Shown here: positions 39,731 to 50,404 of the stretch, in pieces
Layout of the letters: each line of letters begins with the position of its first letter
Numbering within the stretch: position 1 is the stretch's first letter
Origin: a bacterium
GTDB taxonomy: Bacteria; UBA8248
Assembly: GCA_965219955.1 (NCBI GenBank)
Contig: OZ244799.1
Span: 2,144,001 to 2,208,000, forward strand
DNA length: 64,000 bases
Direction of reading: 5' to 3'
The notes under the pieces: model-generated
Told to the model about the DNA's origin: nothing
What the model saw: only the letters and a program-made list of their open reading frames with translations
The model's database searches: none
Position numbers and translations under genes: made by a program

Positions 39731-39884
39731 GAAGAATGAAAAAACCCGGGCAGGAAGAATCGGTTTTGAAGAAAGCGTGGTGAATTGACAGGAAAAAAGG
39801 AGTTATCAACCGAAAGATTTCATCACCAACAAAAACCGCCGCCCGGCGGACCGGGCAGCGGCCGGCTTGCGCTCTCAGGCGAAA

Positions 39885-40160
39885 CTACGCCTCGTCGTCG
39901 AACCCGACATCCATGAAGCCCTGGTCAACATCGGTCATATCAAGGGCCGACGCGGTCTTTCGCCACTCCAGTTTTTCCTCGATGATCTCGCGAAACACGA
40001 TCTCCTCGGGCGTCTCGTGGGACTGTGAGGGAACCAGAGGCTCCGCACCCCGCCTGAGCTGGGCCACCCGCTTGGCGAGCAGCACCGAAAGCAGAAAACG
40101 ATTCTTCACGACACCGAGCGCTTCTTCGAACATCTCGTCATAAGACGTAGCCACGGCCAT
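39885..40160 (-). CDS. rpoZ: RNA polymerase omega subunit
   Basis: NRFLLSVLLAKRVAQLRRGAEPLV ... FREIIEEK. Confidence 0.75.
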   Translation of the reverse strand: MAVATSYDEMFEEALGVVKNRFLLSVLLAKRVAQLRRGAEPLVPSQSHETPEEIVFREIIEEKLEWRKTASALDMTDVDQGFMDVGFDDEA

Positions 40161-40240
40161 ATATTCCCCCGCATGAGGTAAACAAAAAGAATGATCGGGG
40201 ACGGCGCGCATCAAACCGGCGCCTCGCCGATCCTTCGGAC

Positions 40241-40765
40241 CTACCCGAACCCGACTTCCCGAACGTATATCATCTGCAAATCGGAGTGAACCTGATTCAG
40301 AAGATGTTCCTCTTCCTCAGACAGATTGCCTTCCGTCTTCTCCTTGAGGGCTGCGAACAAATCGACGAAAATTTTCGAACTTCGCGGGTCCGCCGCCCCG
40401 ATGCGCTCACCCGTCTGCGGATGAATGCCCATCGCCGCCAGAGCGTTTTGCTGGACGATGGCGATGAGCATCTCGAAACTCTTGTCTTCCTCCTCGTCCT
40501 CGTCCACCTCATCGTCCGGAGGCTGCGCTCTTTCCCCGGCTTGCGGTTGCGGAACCTCCGCGGGCGGAGCCGGTTCCGGTTCCATCACCTCGGGCTCGGA
40601 CGAAACCGCGCCGGTTTGCGGACCCGTCTCTTCATCCGCCGCATCCGGGGAGAACAACTGCCCTTCACCTCCTGAGGCAGGCGATTCTTCATCCTCGTAT
40701 CCCCTCACGGAGAATCTCCGGTCGGAAATCTTGAATCCCTTGTTTTCTACGTTTTCCTCTTCCAT
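40241..40765 (-). CDS. DUF1844-domain protein with acidic N-terminus
   Basis: GFKISDRR N-terminus; ALAAMG.HP..G ... LKEKTEGNLSEEEEHLL ... LQMIYV. Confidence 0.75.
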   Translation of the reverse strand: MEEENVENKGFKISDRRFSVRGYEDEESPASGGEGQLFSPDAADEETGPQTGAVSSEPEVMEPEPAPPAEVPQPQAGERAQPPDDEVDEDEEEDKSFEMLIAIVQQNALAAMGIHPQTGERIGAADPRSSKIFVDLFAALKEKTEGNLSEEEEHLLNQVHSDLQMIYVREVGFG

Positions 40766-40835
40766 CGCTTACCCTCCGGCGCCGGGTGCCGGGGCTATCG
40801 GACCCCGCCTCTCCTCGTTCCGCCCGAATAGACGC

Positions 40836-41984
40836 TTATCCCCAAAGAGAACTCAACTTGCCCAGAATGCCCTTTTTTCCGGCTCCGTTTCCCGCGACTC
40901 CTCCAGTCCCGTTTTTCTCCGCCTTCTCACGTTCGATCTCCGACAATTCGCCGAACAGCCTCTCCTCGTCCGACGTCAATCTCGTCGGCGTCCGGACGTG
41001 CACCAGGAACATGTGATCGCCGCGCCCTCTCCTGCCGAGGCGCTGGAATCCCTCGCCCTTGAGTCTCAACACGTCCGAGGACTGCACCCCCTTGGGTATA
41101 TCGAGTTCGGATTCCCCGTAAAGCGTCCGCACCCTCACCGTGTCGCCCAGCGCCGCCTGGGAGAACGAGACGTACACCTCACTCGCCACGTCCGCCCCGT
41201 TGCGCTCGAATTCCTCGTGCGCGAGCAAGGAGACGATGACGAACAAATCGCCCGCCGGCCCGCCCTTGGCGCCCCCCTCTCCCTCTTCGCGAAGACGCAG
41301 CCTGGCGTCCTCGTCCACGCCGGGGGGAATCTTCACCTTCACCTTCCGCTGCTCCAGGCGTCGACCGGCCCCATCGCACTCCACGCAGTGTTCGGTGATT
41401 TGCCTGCCCGCGCCGCCGCAATCCGAGCAAGTGGTGGAATAGGTCATGAAGCCCTGGCGGTAGGACATCTGGCCGCTGCCGCCGCAGGATGGGCACTCTC
41501 GAATCGCATCGGGCGACTTGGCCCCGCTGCCGCCGCAATAGACGCATTCCACGGGGCGCTCGAACTCGATTTCACGCTCGACGCCCGCTGCCGCCTCCTC
41601 GAAAGTCATCTCCATCTGATAGGCGAGGTCACGGCCCTGTCGCGGCCCGTCGCGGCGGGAGCGTCCGCCTGCGAACACGCCGCCGAACAAATCCCCGAAA
41701 ATATCCCCGAACGAGGAGAAGATGTCGTCGAAACTCGAAAACCCCTGATGCCCCATCCCCCGAAGCCCGTCGTGGCCGAAGCGGTCATACGCGCCCCTCT
41801 TCTCGGGCTCGCTCAACACCTGATAGGCCTCGGAGGCTTCCTTGAACGATTCCTCGGCCTTCGCATCGCCGGGGTTGCGATCCGGATGATGCTTCATCGC
41901 CAGCGTACGATACGCCTTCTTGATCTCGGCGTCGCTCGCGCTGCGGTCTACACCCAGCACTTCGTAGTAATCACGCTTGCTCAT
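40836..41984 (-). CDS. dnaJ: Chaperone DnaJ (class I)
   Basis: J-domain HPD, G/F region and four CxxCxGxG repeats. Confidence 0.95.
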   Translation of the reverse strand: MSKRDYYEVLGVDRSASDAEIKKAYRTLAMKHHPDRNPGDAKAEESFKEASEAYQVLSEPEKRGAYDRFGHDGLRGMGHQGFSSFDDIFSSFGDIFGDLFGGVFAGGRSRRDGPRQGRDLAYQMEMTFEEAAAGVEREIEFERPVECVYCGGSGAKSPDAIRECPSCGGSGQMSYRQGFMTYSTTCSDCGGAGRQITEHCVECDGAGRRLEQRKVKVKIPPGVDEDARLRLREEGEGGAKGGPAGDLFVIVSLLAHEEFERNGADVASEVYVSFSQAALGDTVRVRTLYGESELDIPKGVQSSDVLRLKGEGFQRLGRRGRGDHMFLVHVRTPTRLTSDEERLFGELSEIEREKAEKNGTGGVAGNGAGKKGILGKLSSLWG

Positions 41985-42043
41985 GTTTTCCCTTCGTACC
42001 TAAAATCGAAAACACGCGACGATACTATGAGGGCGCATCCGGT

Positions 42044-42751
42044 TCAAGGGCGCGAGTCCGGCCGAGGGCCGGCGTACTTGCCCACCGAGACGCGCGCAGG
42101 CCTCAACACCGCGTCGCCCAGCTTGTAGCCGCAAGCCAGTTCTTCCACCACAAGGCCGTCTAGCGCCTCGTCGTCCACCTCGACCATGCGCACCGCCTCG
42201 TGTTCTTCGGGGTTGAAGGCGGCGCCCATCGCCGGGAGAGGCTCCACCCCGAGATTCGAGAGTTCCTGAAAGAACCGGCCCTGGATCATCCGCACCCCCT
42301 GCACCAGGGTTTCCAGCGCGCCGCCTTTTTCCCCCTGGGAGGTTCCGCTATCGACGGCCGCCGTGGCGCGCGCCAGATCGTCGGCGATGCCCAGAAAGCC
42401 CGAAACCGCCTGTTTTTTCACCTCCTGGGTCCTGCGCTCCATCTCGCGCTCCTGGCGCGCCCTGAAGTCGGCCGTATCCTTGTCGATTCTCTCGACGTAT
42501 TCCTTGAACTTCTCCTCGGCGGCGGCGACCTTCGCCTGGAGCTGTTCCACGTAGGCGGGAACGCGCGGGGTTTCCTCGGCCTCCACGACGCCCTCCTCGC
42601 TCACCTCGCCGTCTTCGCGGACGCGCCGCCTGTCCACGACGCGCGGCTTCTCCTTGGCTTCGGCTTCCGCGTCCACCGGCTCCGAGGCTTCGGCTTCCGC
42701 CTTCGCGCCACCGCCGTTATCCGTCTCGACTTTCACATCCCTGGCTTTCAT
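42044..42751 (-). CDS. grpE: Nucleotide exchange factor GrpE
   Basis: FNPEEHEAV and GYKLGDAVLRPARVSV. Confidence 0.9.
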   Translation of the reverse strand: MKARDVKVETDNGGGAKAEAEASEPVDAEAEAKEKPRVVDRRRVREDGEVSEEGVVEAEETPRVPAYVEQLQAKVAAAEEKFKEYVERIDKDTADFRARQEREMERRTQEVKKQAVSGFLGIADDLARATAAVDSGTSQGEKGGALETLVQGVRMIQGRFFQELSNLGVEPLPAMGAAFNPEEHEAVRMVEVDDEALDGLVVEELACGYKLGDAVLRPARVSVGKYAGPRPDSRP

Positions 42752-42772
42752 GAAACGACTACCTCCCGGATC

Positions 42773-43633
42773 CTAGTATCTCATTTCCATCAGCCGCCGA
42801 ATCCGCTCCTCCATCGGCGGGTGCGTGCTGAACAGATTCGCCAGTCCCCCGCCCGAGAGCGGGTTGACGATATACATGTGGGCCGTCGCCTCGCTCGCGC
42901 AGTGGAGCTCCTCGCGGTGGGCGGCCTCGTCCAGTCGATGCAGGGCGTTCGCCAGCCCGACAGGCGTACCCGCGATCTGCGCGCCCGTGGCGTCGGCGAG
43001 ATACTCGCGCGAGCGGCTCACCGCCATCTGGAGCAGCGTCGCCGCAATGGGCGCCACGATGGCGGCGACGATGATGCCCAGCAGGCCGCCGCCACCGCCC
43101 TCCTCGTCGTCGTCCCTGCCGTATGCGCCGAAGAACGCGGCGAACTGCGCCATCTGCGCGAGATACATGATGGCGCCCGCCAGGGAGGCGGCGATGGTGC
43201 TCAGAAGAATGTCGCGGTTCTTGATGTGGGCGAGTTCGTGCGCGGCGACGCCTTCGAGTTCCTCGCGGTTCAAATCGTGCAAAATTCCCTCGGTGAAGGC
43301 GACGGCGGCGTTCTCGGGGTTCCTGCCCGTGGCGAAGGCGTTCGGCGCATCCTCGGGAATGACGTAGACGCGCGGCATGGGCAGGTTCGCGCGGCGGGCG
43401 AGGTCCGCCACCATGCCGTAGAGCTCCGGCGCATGTTCGGGAAGCACCTCGCTCGCGCCCGTGCTGGCGAGAACGATCTTGTCCGAATACCAGTAGCTGT
43501 ACCCGTTGATGCCCACCGCGAGCACCAGGGCGATGACCAGCCCGGTCGTGCCGCCGAGCAGATTGCCGATCAGCAGGATCAGCCCCGTCAGCAGACCGAG
43601 CAGCAAAAAGGATTTTATGGAATTCGTGCTCAC
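42773..43633 (-). CDS. htpX: Zinc metalloprotease HtpX
   Basis: [24 protein letters not shown] and FSTHPP. Confidence 0.95.
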   Translation of the reverse strand: MSTNSIKSFLLLGLLTGLILLIGNLLGGTTGLVIALVLAVGINGYSYWYSDKIVLASTGASEVLPEHAPELYGMVADLARRANLPMPRVYVIPEDAPNAFATGRNPENAAVAFTEGILHDLNREELEGVAAHELAHIKNRDILLSTIAASLAGAIMYLAQMAQFAAFFGAYGRDDDEEGGGGGLLGIIVAAIVAPIAATLLQMAVSRSREYLADATGAQIAGTPVGLANALHRLDEAAHREELHCASEATAHMYIVNPLSGGGLANLFSTHPPMEERIRRLMEMRY

Positions 43634-44037
43634 AGCCGCCTCCTCCTGACACGCACGAGTTTGGCGGCGACCGAAGGTATCATGGCCTGCATATCGGGCG
43701 TCGCGTTGCTCATCCGCTCGCGCAGGTCCTCGAACGCCCGGCTCTCGATCAACTCCTCGAGTTCGCCCAGACGCTCGAGCGCGCGCATCAGCTTCTCGCG
43801 AAGATCGATGATGACCTGCACGCCCGCCAGGTTCACGCCCATGTCCCTCGTGAGCGCCATGATGACTTCGAGTTGATCGATATCTTCTTCGGAGTAATAG
43901 CGCGTCCCGCCCTCGCTGCGGCCCGGTTCGATGAGACCCTGGCGCTCATACATCCTGAGCGTCTGCTGGTGAATCTCGAACATCTCGGCCACCGCGCTGA
44001 TGGTGTAGCGCCCGTCTCTCACACCTCTACGCGCCAT
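43630..44037 (-). CDS. hspR: MerR-family heat-shock repressor HspR
   Basis: [37 protein letters not shown] ... GVNLAGV; located inside the dnaK operon. Confidence 0.85.
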   Translation of the reverse strand: MARRGVRDGRYTISAVAEMFEIHQQTLRMYERQGLIEPGRSEGGTRYYSEEDIDQLEVIMALTRDMGVNLAGVQVIIDLREKLMRALERLGELEELIESRAFEDLRERMSNATPDMQAMIPSVAAKLVRVRRRRL

Positions 44038-44092
44038 TATCCTCTCCTGAGCCTCTCGTCATATGTCCGCTCACGCCCACACCCGCCCATCA

Positions 44093-45046
44093 CTACATGC
44101 TCACGCCCGTCATGTTCGCACGCGGCGACGTGGGGTTGCGCCGTTCGAGTTCGCGGACGATCTCCCTGCTCTCCTCATCCATCTGATCGGGCAACAAGAC
44201 CTGGACCCTGACGAACAAATCGCCCTTGCCGGAGGCCTTGAGTTTCGGAGCGCCCTTTCCCGAAAGCCTGAAAACCTGGCCGTTCTGGGTCGAGGGGGGA
44301 ATCGTCATCTTCGTCACCCCCTCGAAGGTGTTGATCTCCACGCGCGCGCCGAGCAGCGCCTCGCCGAGGCTGACGGGAAGCTCCAGATACAGATTATCCC
44401 CCTTGCGCTCGAAGAAGGGGTGTTCGCGCACCTTTGTGACGATGAAGAGGTCCCCCTGCGGCCCTCCGTTCAGCGAGGTTTCCCCCTTGCCCGCCAGGCG
44501 GATGCGCGAGCCGTTCGAGACGCCGGGCGGTATCTTCACCTGAATGCGCTCGGTGGTGTGCTGGATTTTCCCGTTCTCGTTCGTGGTCTTGGGCACGGTG
44601 ATGGTGGTGTTGAGCCCCTTCAGGGAATCGTCGAAACCGATCTCCATCGAGTAGTTCACGTCCTGGCCCTTCCGGGGGGCCTGGGGCTGCGCGTGAAAGC
44701 CGCCGCGCGCCGCACCGCCGCGCGCGCCGCCGAAAATCCCGCCGAAAATATCACCCAGGCCGAATTCGCGCAGGATGTCTTCCATGCCGGGGGGCGCGCC
44801 TTCGCCCCAGGGGCTGCCCCCGCCGAAGGCGGCATGCCCCATCGCGTCGTATTTCCTGCGCTTCTCCGTGTCCGAGAGGACGGCGTAGGCCTCGCTGATC
44901 TCCTTGAAGCGCTCCTCCGCTTTCGCATCCCCCGGGTTGACGTCGGGGTGATACTGGCGCGCCAGCTTCTTGAAAACGCGCTTCAGTTCCGCTTCCGAAG
45001 CGCTACGGTCGATTCCCAGCACCTCGTAATAATCACGCTTGGCCAT
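44093..45046 (-). CDS. Class II J-domain protein (CbpA/DnaJ2-like, no zinc finger)
   Basis: HPD J-domain and DnaJ_C domain; no CxxCxGxG repeats. Confidence 0.9.
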   Translation of the reverse strand: MAKRDYYEVLGIDRSASEAELKRVFKKLARQYHPDVNPGDAKAEERFKEISEAYAVLSDTEKRRKYDAMGHAAFGGGSPWGEGAPPGMEDILREFGLGDIFGGIFGGARGGAARGGFHAQPQAPRKGQDVNYSMEIGFDDSLKGLNTTITVPKTTNENGKIQHTTERIQVKIPPGVSNGSRIRLAGKGETSLNGGPQGDLFIVTKVREHPFFERKGDNLYLELPVSLGEALLGARVEINTFEGVTKMTIPPSTQNGQVFRLSGKGAPKLKASGKGDLFVRVQVLLPDQMDEESREIVRELERRNPTSPRANMTGVSM

Positions 45047-45070
45047 ACCATCCTCATCCGGGCAGGACGC

Positions 45071-46987
45071 TCAGGGCTTGTCCTTGTCCACTTCCTCGAA
45101 CTCTGCATCCACGACGTCGCCCGCGGGCGCGCCGTTCTCACCGCCGCCGGATTCCGGGGCGTCGGCGGCGCCGTCCGCCTGGCTCGCCTGCTCGTACATC
45201 GCCTGCGCGAGCTTGTGCGAGGCCGCCTCGAGTTTTTCCTGCGCTTCTTTTATCTCATCCACCGTCGCGTCCTCTTTCTCCAGAACCGCCCGGAGCGCGG
45301 CGATGGCGTCTTCTATCTCTTTCTTGTCCTCGGCGGAAACCTTCTCTTCGTTCTCCTTGAGCATCTTCTCCGTGCTGTAGGCCATGCTGTCGGCCATGTT
45401 TCTCGCCTCGACGGCCTCGCGCCGCTTCTTGTCCTCCTCGGCGTGTTCATCCGCCTCGGACACCATGTTGTTGATCTCCTCCTCGGAGAGGCCGCTCGAA
45501 CTCGTGATGGTGATCGCCTGCTCCTTGCCGGTGCCCAGGTCCTTGGCGGAGACGTTCACGATGCCGTTGGCGTCGATGTCGAACGTCACCTCGATCTGGG
45601 GAACGCCCCGGGGCGCTGCGGGAATGCCGACGAGATGGAACTTGCCCAGCGAGCGGTTGCCCGAGGCCATCTCGCGCTCGCCTTGTAAGACGTGCACTTC
45701 GACGGAGGGCTGGTTGTCCGCCGCGGTGGAGAAGGTCTCGCTCTTCTTGACGGGTATCGTCGTGTTGCGCTCGATAAGCTTGGTGGACACGCCGCCCAGC
45801 GTCTCGATACCCAGGGAAAGCGGGGTGACGTCCAGCAGCAGCACGTCCTTGACGTCTCCGGCGAGCACGCCGCCCTGCACGCCCGCGCCGACCGCCACGA
45901 CCTCGTCGGGGTTCACGCCCTTGTGGGGCTCTTTTCCGAAAAATTTCTCCACCGTCTCCTGCACGAGCGGCATCCGCGTGGAGCCGCCCACCAGCACGAC
46001 TTCGTCGATGTCGCCGGGCTGGACCTTGGCGTCATCGAGCGCGCGGCGGCAGGGAGCCAGCGTCTTTTCGACAAGATCGCCGGTCAGCTGCTCGAGCTTC
46101 GCGCGCGTGAGCTTCAGGTTCAGGTGCTTGGGGCCCGAGGCGTCCGCCGTGATGAAGGGCAGGTTGATGGTCGTCTCCATCGAACTCGACAGCTCGATCT
46201 TCGCCTTTTCGGATTCCTCGCGCAGGCGCTGAAGCGCCATCGGGTCGCCCGAGATGTCGATGCCCTGATCCTTCTTGAACTCCTCGGCCATCCACTCGAT
46301 GATCCGGTGGTCGATGTTGTCGCCGCCCAGGTGCGTATCGCCGTTCGTGGCCTTCACCTCGACCACGTTGTCCCCCACCTCGAGGATGGAGATGTCGAAC
46401 GTGCCGCCGCCGAAGTCGTAGACCGCGATGGTCTGATCCGCCTTCTTGTCGAGCCCGTAGGCGAGGGCGGCGGCCGTCGGCTCGTTGATGATGCGCTGGA
46501 CGTTGAGACCTGCGATTTTTCCGGCGTCCTTCGTCGCCTGGCGCTGGCTGTCGTTGAAATACGCGGGCACCGTGACGACCGCCTCGGTCACCTGCTCGCC
46601 CAGGTAGTCCTCCGCGGCCTGCTTGAGCTTTTGCAGCACGCTCGCCGAAATCTCGGGCGGGGCGTGTTCCTTGCCGTCGATTTTGATGCGCGCGTCGCCG
46701 CTGTCCGACTTCACGACCTCATACGGCACGATGGTGACTTCCTCAGGCACCTCGGCGAATCGCCGGCCCATGAAGCGTTTTGCGGAATAAATGGTCTTGG
46801 TGGGGTTGGTCACCGCCTGGCGTTTGGCCACGAGGCCGACGAGCTTCTCGCCGTCGTCGGTGAACGCCACGACGCTGGGCGTCGTGCGGTTGCCTTCCTG
46901 GTTGGCGATGACCGTAGGCTGCCCACCTTCCATGACCGAGACGACCGAGTTGGTGGTGCCCAAATCAATTCCGATTACCTTCGACAT
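45071..46987 (-). CDS. dnaK: Chaperone DnaK
   Basis: [32 protein letters not shown] and DAEFEEV tail. Confidence 0.98.
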   Translation of the reverse strand: MSKVIGIDLGTTNSVVSVMEGGQPTVIANQEGNRTTPSVVAFTDDGEKLVGLVAKRQAVTNPTKTIYSAKRFMGRRFAEVPEEVTIVPYEVVKSDSGDARIKIDGKEHAPPEISASVLQKLKQAAEDYLGEQVTEAVVTVPAYFNDSQRQATKDAGKIAGLNVQRIINEPTAAALAYGLDKKADQTIAVYDFGGGTFDISILEVGDNVVEVKATNGDTHLGGDNIDHRIIEWMAEEFKKDQGIDISGDPMALQRLREESEKAKIELSSSMETTINLPFITADASGPKHLNLKLTRAKLEQLTGDLVEKTLAPCRRALDDAKVQPGDIDEVVLVGGSTRMPLVQETVEKFFGKEPHKGVNPDEVVAVGAGVQGGVLAGDVKDVLLLDVTPLSLGIETLGGVSTKLIERNTTIPVKKSETFSTAADNQPSVEVHVLQGEREMASGNRSLGKFHLVGIPAAPRGVPQIEVTFDIDANGIVNVSAKDLGTGKEQAITITSSSGLSEEEINNMVSEADEHAEEDKKRREAVEARNMADSMAYSTEKMLKENEEKVSAEDKKEIEDAIAALRAVLEKEDATVDEIKEAQEKLEAASHKLAQAMYEQASQADGAADAPESGGGENGAPAGDVVDAEFEEVDKDKP

Positions 46988-47096
46988 CAATCTTTCTCCT
47001 TATCCAAACGAGAATTATATATTAGAGTTGATGACTTCCCTGCCGATCAATTCATATTTCCCTCTACCAAACGACTCTCCCGTGCCTGGTTTTTTT

Positions 47097-47355
47097 CACT
47101 CCCCCCTTGAGGGGGTTGTTGAAAAAGTCCCCCTGGGGAGGGAGAGAACCCCGATCATCGAATTGTTCATCGTAGGGACAGGCCTCCGTGGTTGTCCTTC
47201 GTCAGGACAGGCACGGAGGCCTGTCCCTACAAAACCATCGCGCCTGCGCCGCGGGAACCTCCACGCCGCCTGCCCCGAAACAGGGCTTCTTCAACAACCC
47301 CAAATGCGGCCCCTACAAAACCGAACCCTCCTTCCGCGGGTTTTTCTACAACCCC
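47097..47355. mobile_element. MITE-like element between clpB and dnaK
   Basis: cactccccccttga|gggggttgttgaaaaag ... cttcttcaacaacccc; REP doublet at 47173-47230. Confidence 0.8.
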
Positions 47356-47369
47356 GCATCCAAAAGGGT

Positions 47370-50000
47370 TCAAGTCCTCACCGCTTCGGCTTCCATGAGT
47401 ACGGCGAAGGTGAGCGCATCCGCTCCCTCCGGGTGGTCCGCCTCCACGGTTTCTCCGGTTTCGAATTCTCCGGCGAGGAGCTTCCTGCTGAGCGGGTTCA
47501 TCACATAAGTCTGGATCGCCCGCTTGAGCGGCCGCGCCCCGTAGACGGGGTCGTAGCCGCGCCCGGCCAGGAAGCTCCTGGCGGCGTCCGTGAGACGCAG
47601 CCTGATCTTCTGCGCTTCCAGGCGTTTTTCGAGTTCTCGCAACTGGATCTCCACGATCTCCGCGATCTGCTCCTTCGTGAGCGCGCGGAAAACGATGATC
47701 TCATCCACCCGGTTCAGGAACTCGGGCCGGAACACCCGGCCAAGCGACGCGAGCAATCCGTTGGACTTGTCGATTTCCTGTATACCGCCTCCGCCGAAGC
47801 CGATCTCGTTTCGCGAAAGCTCCTCGGTGCCCACGTTGCTCGTCATGATGATGACGGCGTTCCGGAAATCGACCGTGCGGCCGTGCCCGTCCGTGAGCCT
47901 CCCGTCATCGAGCAGTTGCAGGAGCAGGTTGAAGGTCTCGGGGTACGCCTTTTCGATCTCGTCCAGCAGCACCACGGAGTAAGGCTTCCTGCGGACGGCC
48001 TCGGTGAGTTGCCCCCCCTCCTCGTAGCCGACGTATCCGGGAGGCGCGCCGATGAGCCTGGCGACGGCGTGTTTTTCCATGTATTCGCTCATGTCCACGC
48101 GAACTATCGCCGACTCGTCGTCGAACAGGAACTCCGCGAGGGCGCGGGCGAGTTCGGTCTTGCCCACGCCGGTGGGGCCCAGGAAGATGAAGGAGCCGAT
48201 GGGCCGGTTCTCGTCCATGATGCCCGCGCGGGCGCGGCGCACGGCTTCGGAGAGGGCTTCCACCGCCCTGTCCTGGCCCACGACGCGCCTGTGGATGTTC
48301 TCCTCCATGCGCAGGAGCTTCTCCCGCTCCGTCTCCAGGAGCCTGCTCACGTTGATGCCCGTCCAGCGGCTCACGACGGCGGCCACGTCGTCCTCGGTGA
48401 TCTCTTCTTTCAACATGCGGCTGTTGGTTCTCTTTTCGAGTTCTTCTTCCGCCTGGGCCATTTCCTTCTCGGCCGCGATAATCCCGCCGTAGCGGAGCTC
48501 CGCCGCCCGGCCCAGATCGCCCTCGCGCTCGGCGCGCTGGGCTTCGGCCTTCATCGCCTCGACGCGCTCCTTGAGTTCGCGCACCCGCGATATGTCCTCT
48601 TTCTCTTCCGCCCATTTGCTTCTCTGCGCCCTGCTCTGCTCATCGAGAGAGGGTATCTGTTCGCGTATCTGTGAAAGACGCTCCCGGCTCCCCTCGTCCT
48701 GCTCGCCTTCGAGGGCGCGCTCCTCGATCCGCAGGCGGAGGAGTTCGCGCTCCTGCCGGTCGATGTCCTTGGGCAGGCTGTCCAGTTCGAGCCGCAGGCC
48801 GCTCGCGGCCTCGTCTATCAGGTCGATGGCCTTGTCCGGCAGATGGCGGTCGCTGATGTAGCGATGCGAGAGCGCGACGGCGGCGACCAGGGCGTTGTCC
48901 AGAATGCGGACGCCGTGGTGAATCTCGTATTTCTCCTTGAGACCCCGCAGGATGGAGACGGCGTCCTCCATGTTCGGCTCGTCCACCATCACCGGCTGAA
49001 AGCGCCGCTCGAGCGCCGCGTCCTTCTCGATGTGTTTCCGGTATTCATCGAGCGTGGTGGCGCCCACGCAGTGGAGTTCCCCCCGGGCGAGGGCCGGCTT
49101 CAGGAGGTTCGAGGCGTCCACCGCCCCCTCCGCGGCGCCCGCGCCCACGACGGTGTGAAGCTCGTCGATGAACAGAACGATCTCGCCCGCCGATTCGCTC
49201 ACTTCCTTCAGCACGGCCTTGAGCCTGTCCTCGAACTCGCCCCGGAACTTCGAGCCCGCGATGAGCGAGCCGATGTCGAGACTGAGCAGGCGCTTACGTT
49301 TAAGGCCTTCCGGCACGTCGCCGTTCACGATGCGCTGGGCGAGCCCCTCGACGATGGCGGTCTTGCCCACGCCGGGGTCGCCGATGAGCACCGGGTTGTT
49401 CTTCGTGCGCCGGGAGAGCACCTGCATGACGCGCCTGATCTCCTCCTCGCGGCCCACGACGGGATCGAGCTTGCCGGAGCGGGCCTGCCCGGTGAGGTCG
49501 ATCGCAAACCGCTCGAGCGCCTGGTAGCGGCTCTCCGCGTTCTGATCGGTGATGCGCTGACTCCCGCGGACCTCCTTGAGCGCTGCGAGGGCGGTCTCCC
49601 GGTCGAGACCGGCCGCGCGCAGGATTTTCCTGACCTCCGCGTCGCCGTTCTCAAGCGCGGCCAGGAGCAGATGCTCGCCGCTCACGTATTCATCGGCCAT
49701 GGCCTTCGCTTCGCGCTGCGCCGCCTGGAAGAGCGTCGCCAGCTCCTGGGTGACATACATGGGGCCGTCGTTTGCGGCGACTTTCGGGAGCTTCTCGAGC
49801 GAAGCTTCGAGTTCGCGGCTCAGGACGTGGACTTTCAGCCCCGCCTTCTCGATCAGGGGCGCAAGCACGCCTTCGGGCTGACTCAGAAGCGCGAGGATGA
49901 CGTGCGCGGGCATGACGCCCTGGTGGCCTCTCGTCTGGGCCGACTCCTGGGCATGCTGGAGGGCCTCTTGCGTCTTGTGGGTGAATTGCTCAAAATTCAT
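47370..50000 (-). CDS. clpB: ATP-dependent chaperone ClpB
   Basis: Two AAA+ modules ([16 protein letters not shown]), long middle coiled coil and [15 protein letters not shown]; start MNFEQFT. Confidence 0.97.
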   Translation of the reverse strand: MNFEQFTHKTQEALQHAQESAQTRGHQGVMPAHVILALLSQPEGVLAPLIEKAGLKVHVLSRELEASLEKLPKVAANDGPMYVTQELATLFQAAQREAKAMADEYVSGEHLLLAALENGDAEVRKILRAAGLDRETALAALKEVRGSQRITDQNAESRYQALERFAIDLTGQARSGKLDPVVGREEEIRRVMQVLSRRTKNNPVLIGDPGVGKTAIVEGLAQRIVNGDVPEGLKRKRLLSLDIGSLIAGSKFRGEFEDRLKAVLKEVSESAGEIVLFIDELHTVVGAGAAEGAVDASNLLKPALARGELHCVGATTLDEYRKHIEKDAALERRFQPVMVDEPNMEDAVSILRGLKEKYEIHHGVRILDNALVAAVALSHRYISDRHLPDKAIDLIDEAASGLRLELDSLPKDIDRQERELLRLRIEERALEGEQDEGSRERLSQIREQIPSLDEQSRAQRSKWAEEKEDISRVRELKERVEAMKAEAQRAEREGDLGRAAELRYGGIIAAEKEMAQAEEELEKRTNSRMLKEEITEDDVAAVVSRWTGINVSRLLETEREKLLRMEENIHRRVVGQDRAVEALSEAVRRARAGIMDENRPIGSFIFLGPTGVGKTELARALAEFLFDDESAIVRVDMSEYMEKHAVARLIGAPPGYVGYEEGGQLTEAVRRKPYSVVLLDEIEKAYPETFNLLLQLLDDGRLTDGHGRTVDFRNAVIIMTSNVGTEELSRNEIGFGGGGIQEIDKSNGLLASLGRVFRPEFLNRVDEIIVFRALTKEQIAEIVEIQLRELEKRLEAQKIRLRLTDAARSFLAGRGYDPVYGARPLKRAIQTYVMNPLSRKLLAGEFETGETVEADHPEGADALTFAVLMEAEAVRT

Positions 50001-50040
50001 GGAAGTGTGCTCCGAATTTCCCGGTGGAATTGATGAAAAT

Positions 50041-50093
50041 TTCGATAAATATCGGTAAAATTCGATAAATTTCCACCGTATTTCGATAAATTT
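50041..50093. repeat. Three phased direct repeats TTCGATAAAT in the clpB leader
   Basis: Copies start at 50041, 50061 and 50082 (20-21 bp period). Confidence 0.8.
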
Positions 50094-50157
50094 CCCGGCG
50101 CCTGAAACCTTGTCAATACCGGAAACCGGAGGCAGCCAAGGCTCATGACGCAAGAAA

Positions 50158-50187
50158 AATATAATATCTTAGTCATTTATTGTCAAG
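50158..50187 (-). promoter_or_regulatory. Sigma70 promoter of the clpB-dnaK operon with overlapping HAIR-like (HspR) site
   Basis: TTGACA-N17-TATATT on the minus strand; TCTTAGT-N7-TGTCAAG (50167-50187) resembles the HAIR consensus CTTGAGT-N7-ACTCAAG. Confidence 0.6.
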
Positions 50188-50404
50188 TTTTATGAAATAT
50201 ATCATATATAATTTTAAGATATGCGCCAGAGGGTTTTCTTGCCCGCTCGGGAGGGAAAAAGCGGCTTCATTCATGAACAAGCCTGTATTTCAAAGATATA
50301 TGGGTCTCAAGCCTTTGCAAAAAAGGTGAAAAGGTGTAATATTCCAAGTGTGTTCAGCAGGATAAATCTTAACAGCCCTTATCAAGGTCAAGGAGACACA
50401 GCCG

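Noticed and set aside
39786-39870. TTGACA on the plus strand followed by a GC hairpin as a possible sRNA gene
   Set aside because: There is no convincing -10 at proper spacing, and the hairpin with A-tract is better explained as the rpoZ terminator on the minus strand.
1630-47355. Palindromic repeats as a CRISPR array
   Set aside because: The repeats are dispersed or inverted doublets, not regularly spaced direct repeats with unique spacers, and no cas genes are present.
50111-50116. Second TTGACA upstream of clpB as an additional promoter
   Set aside because: No -10 hexamer at 16-18 bp spacing.
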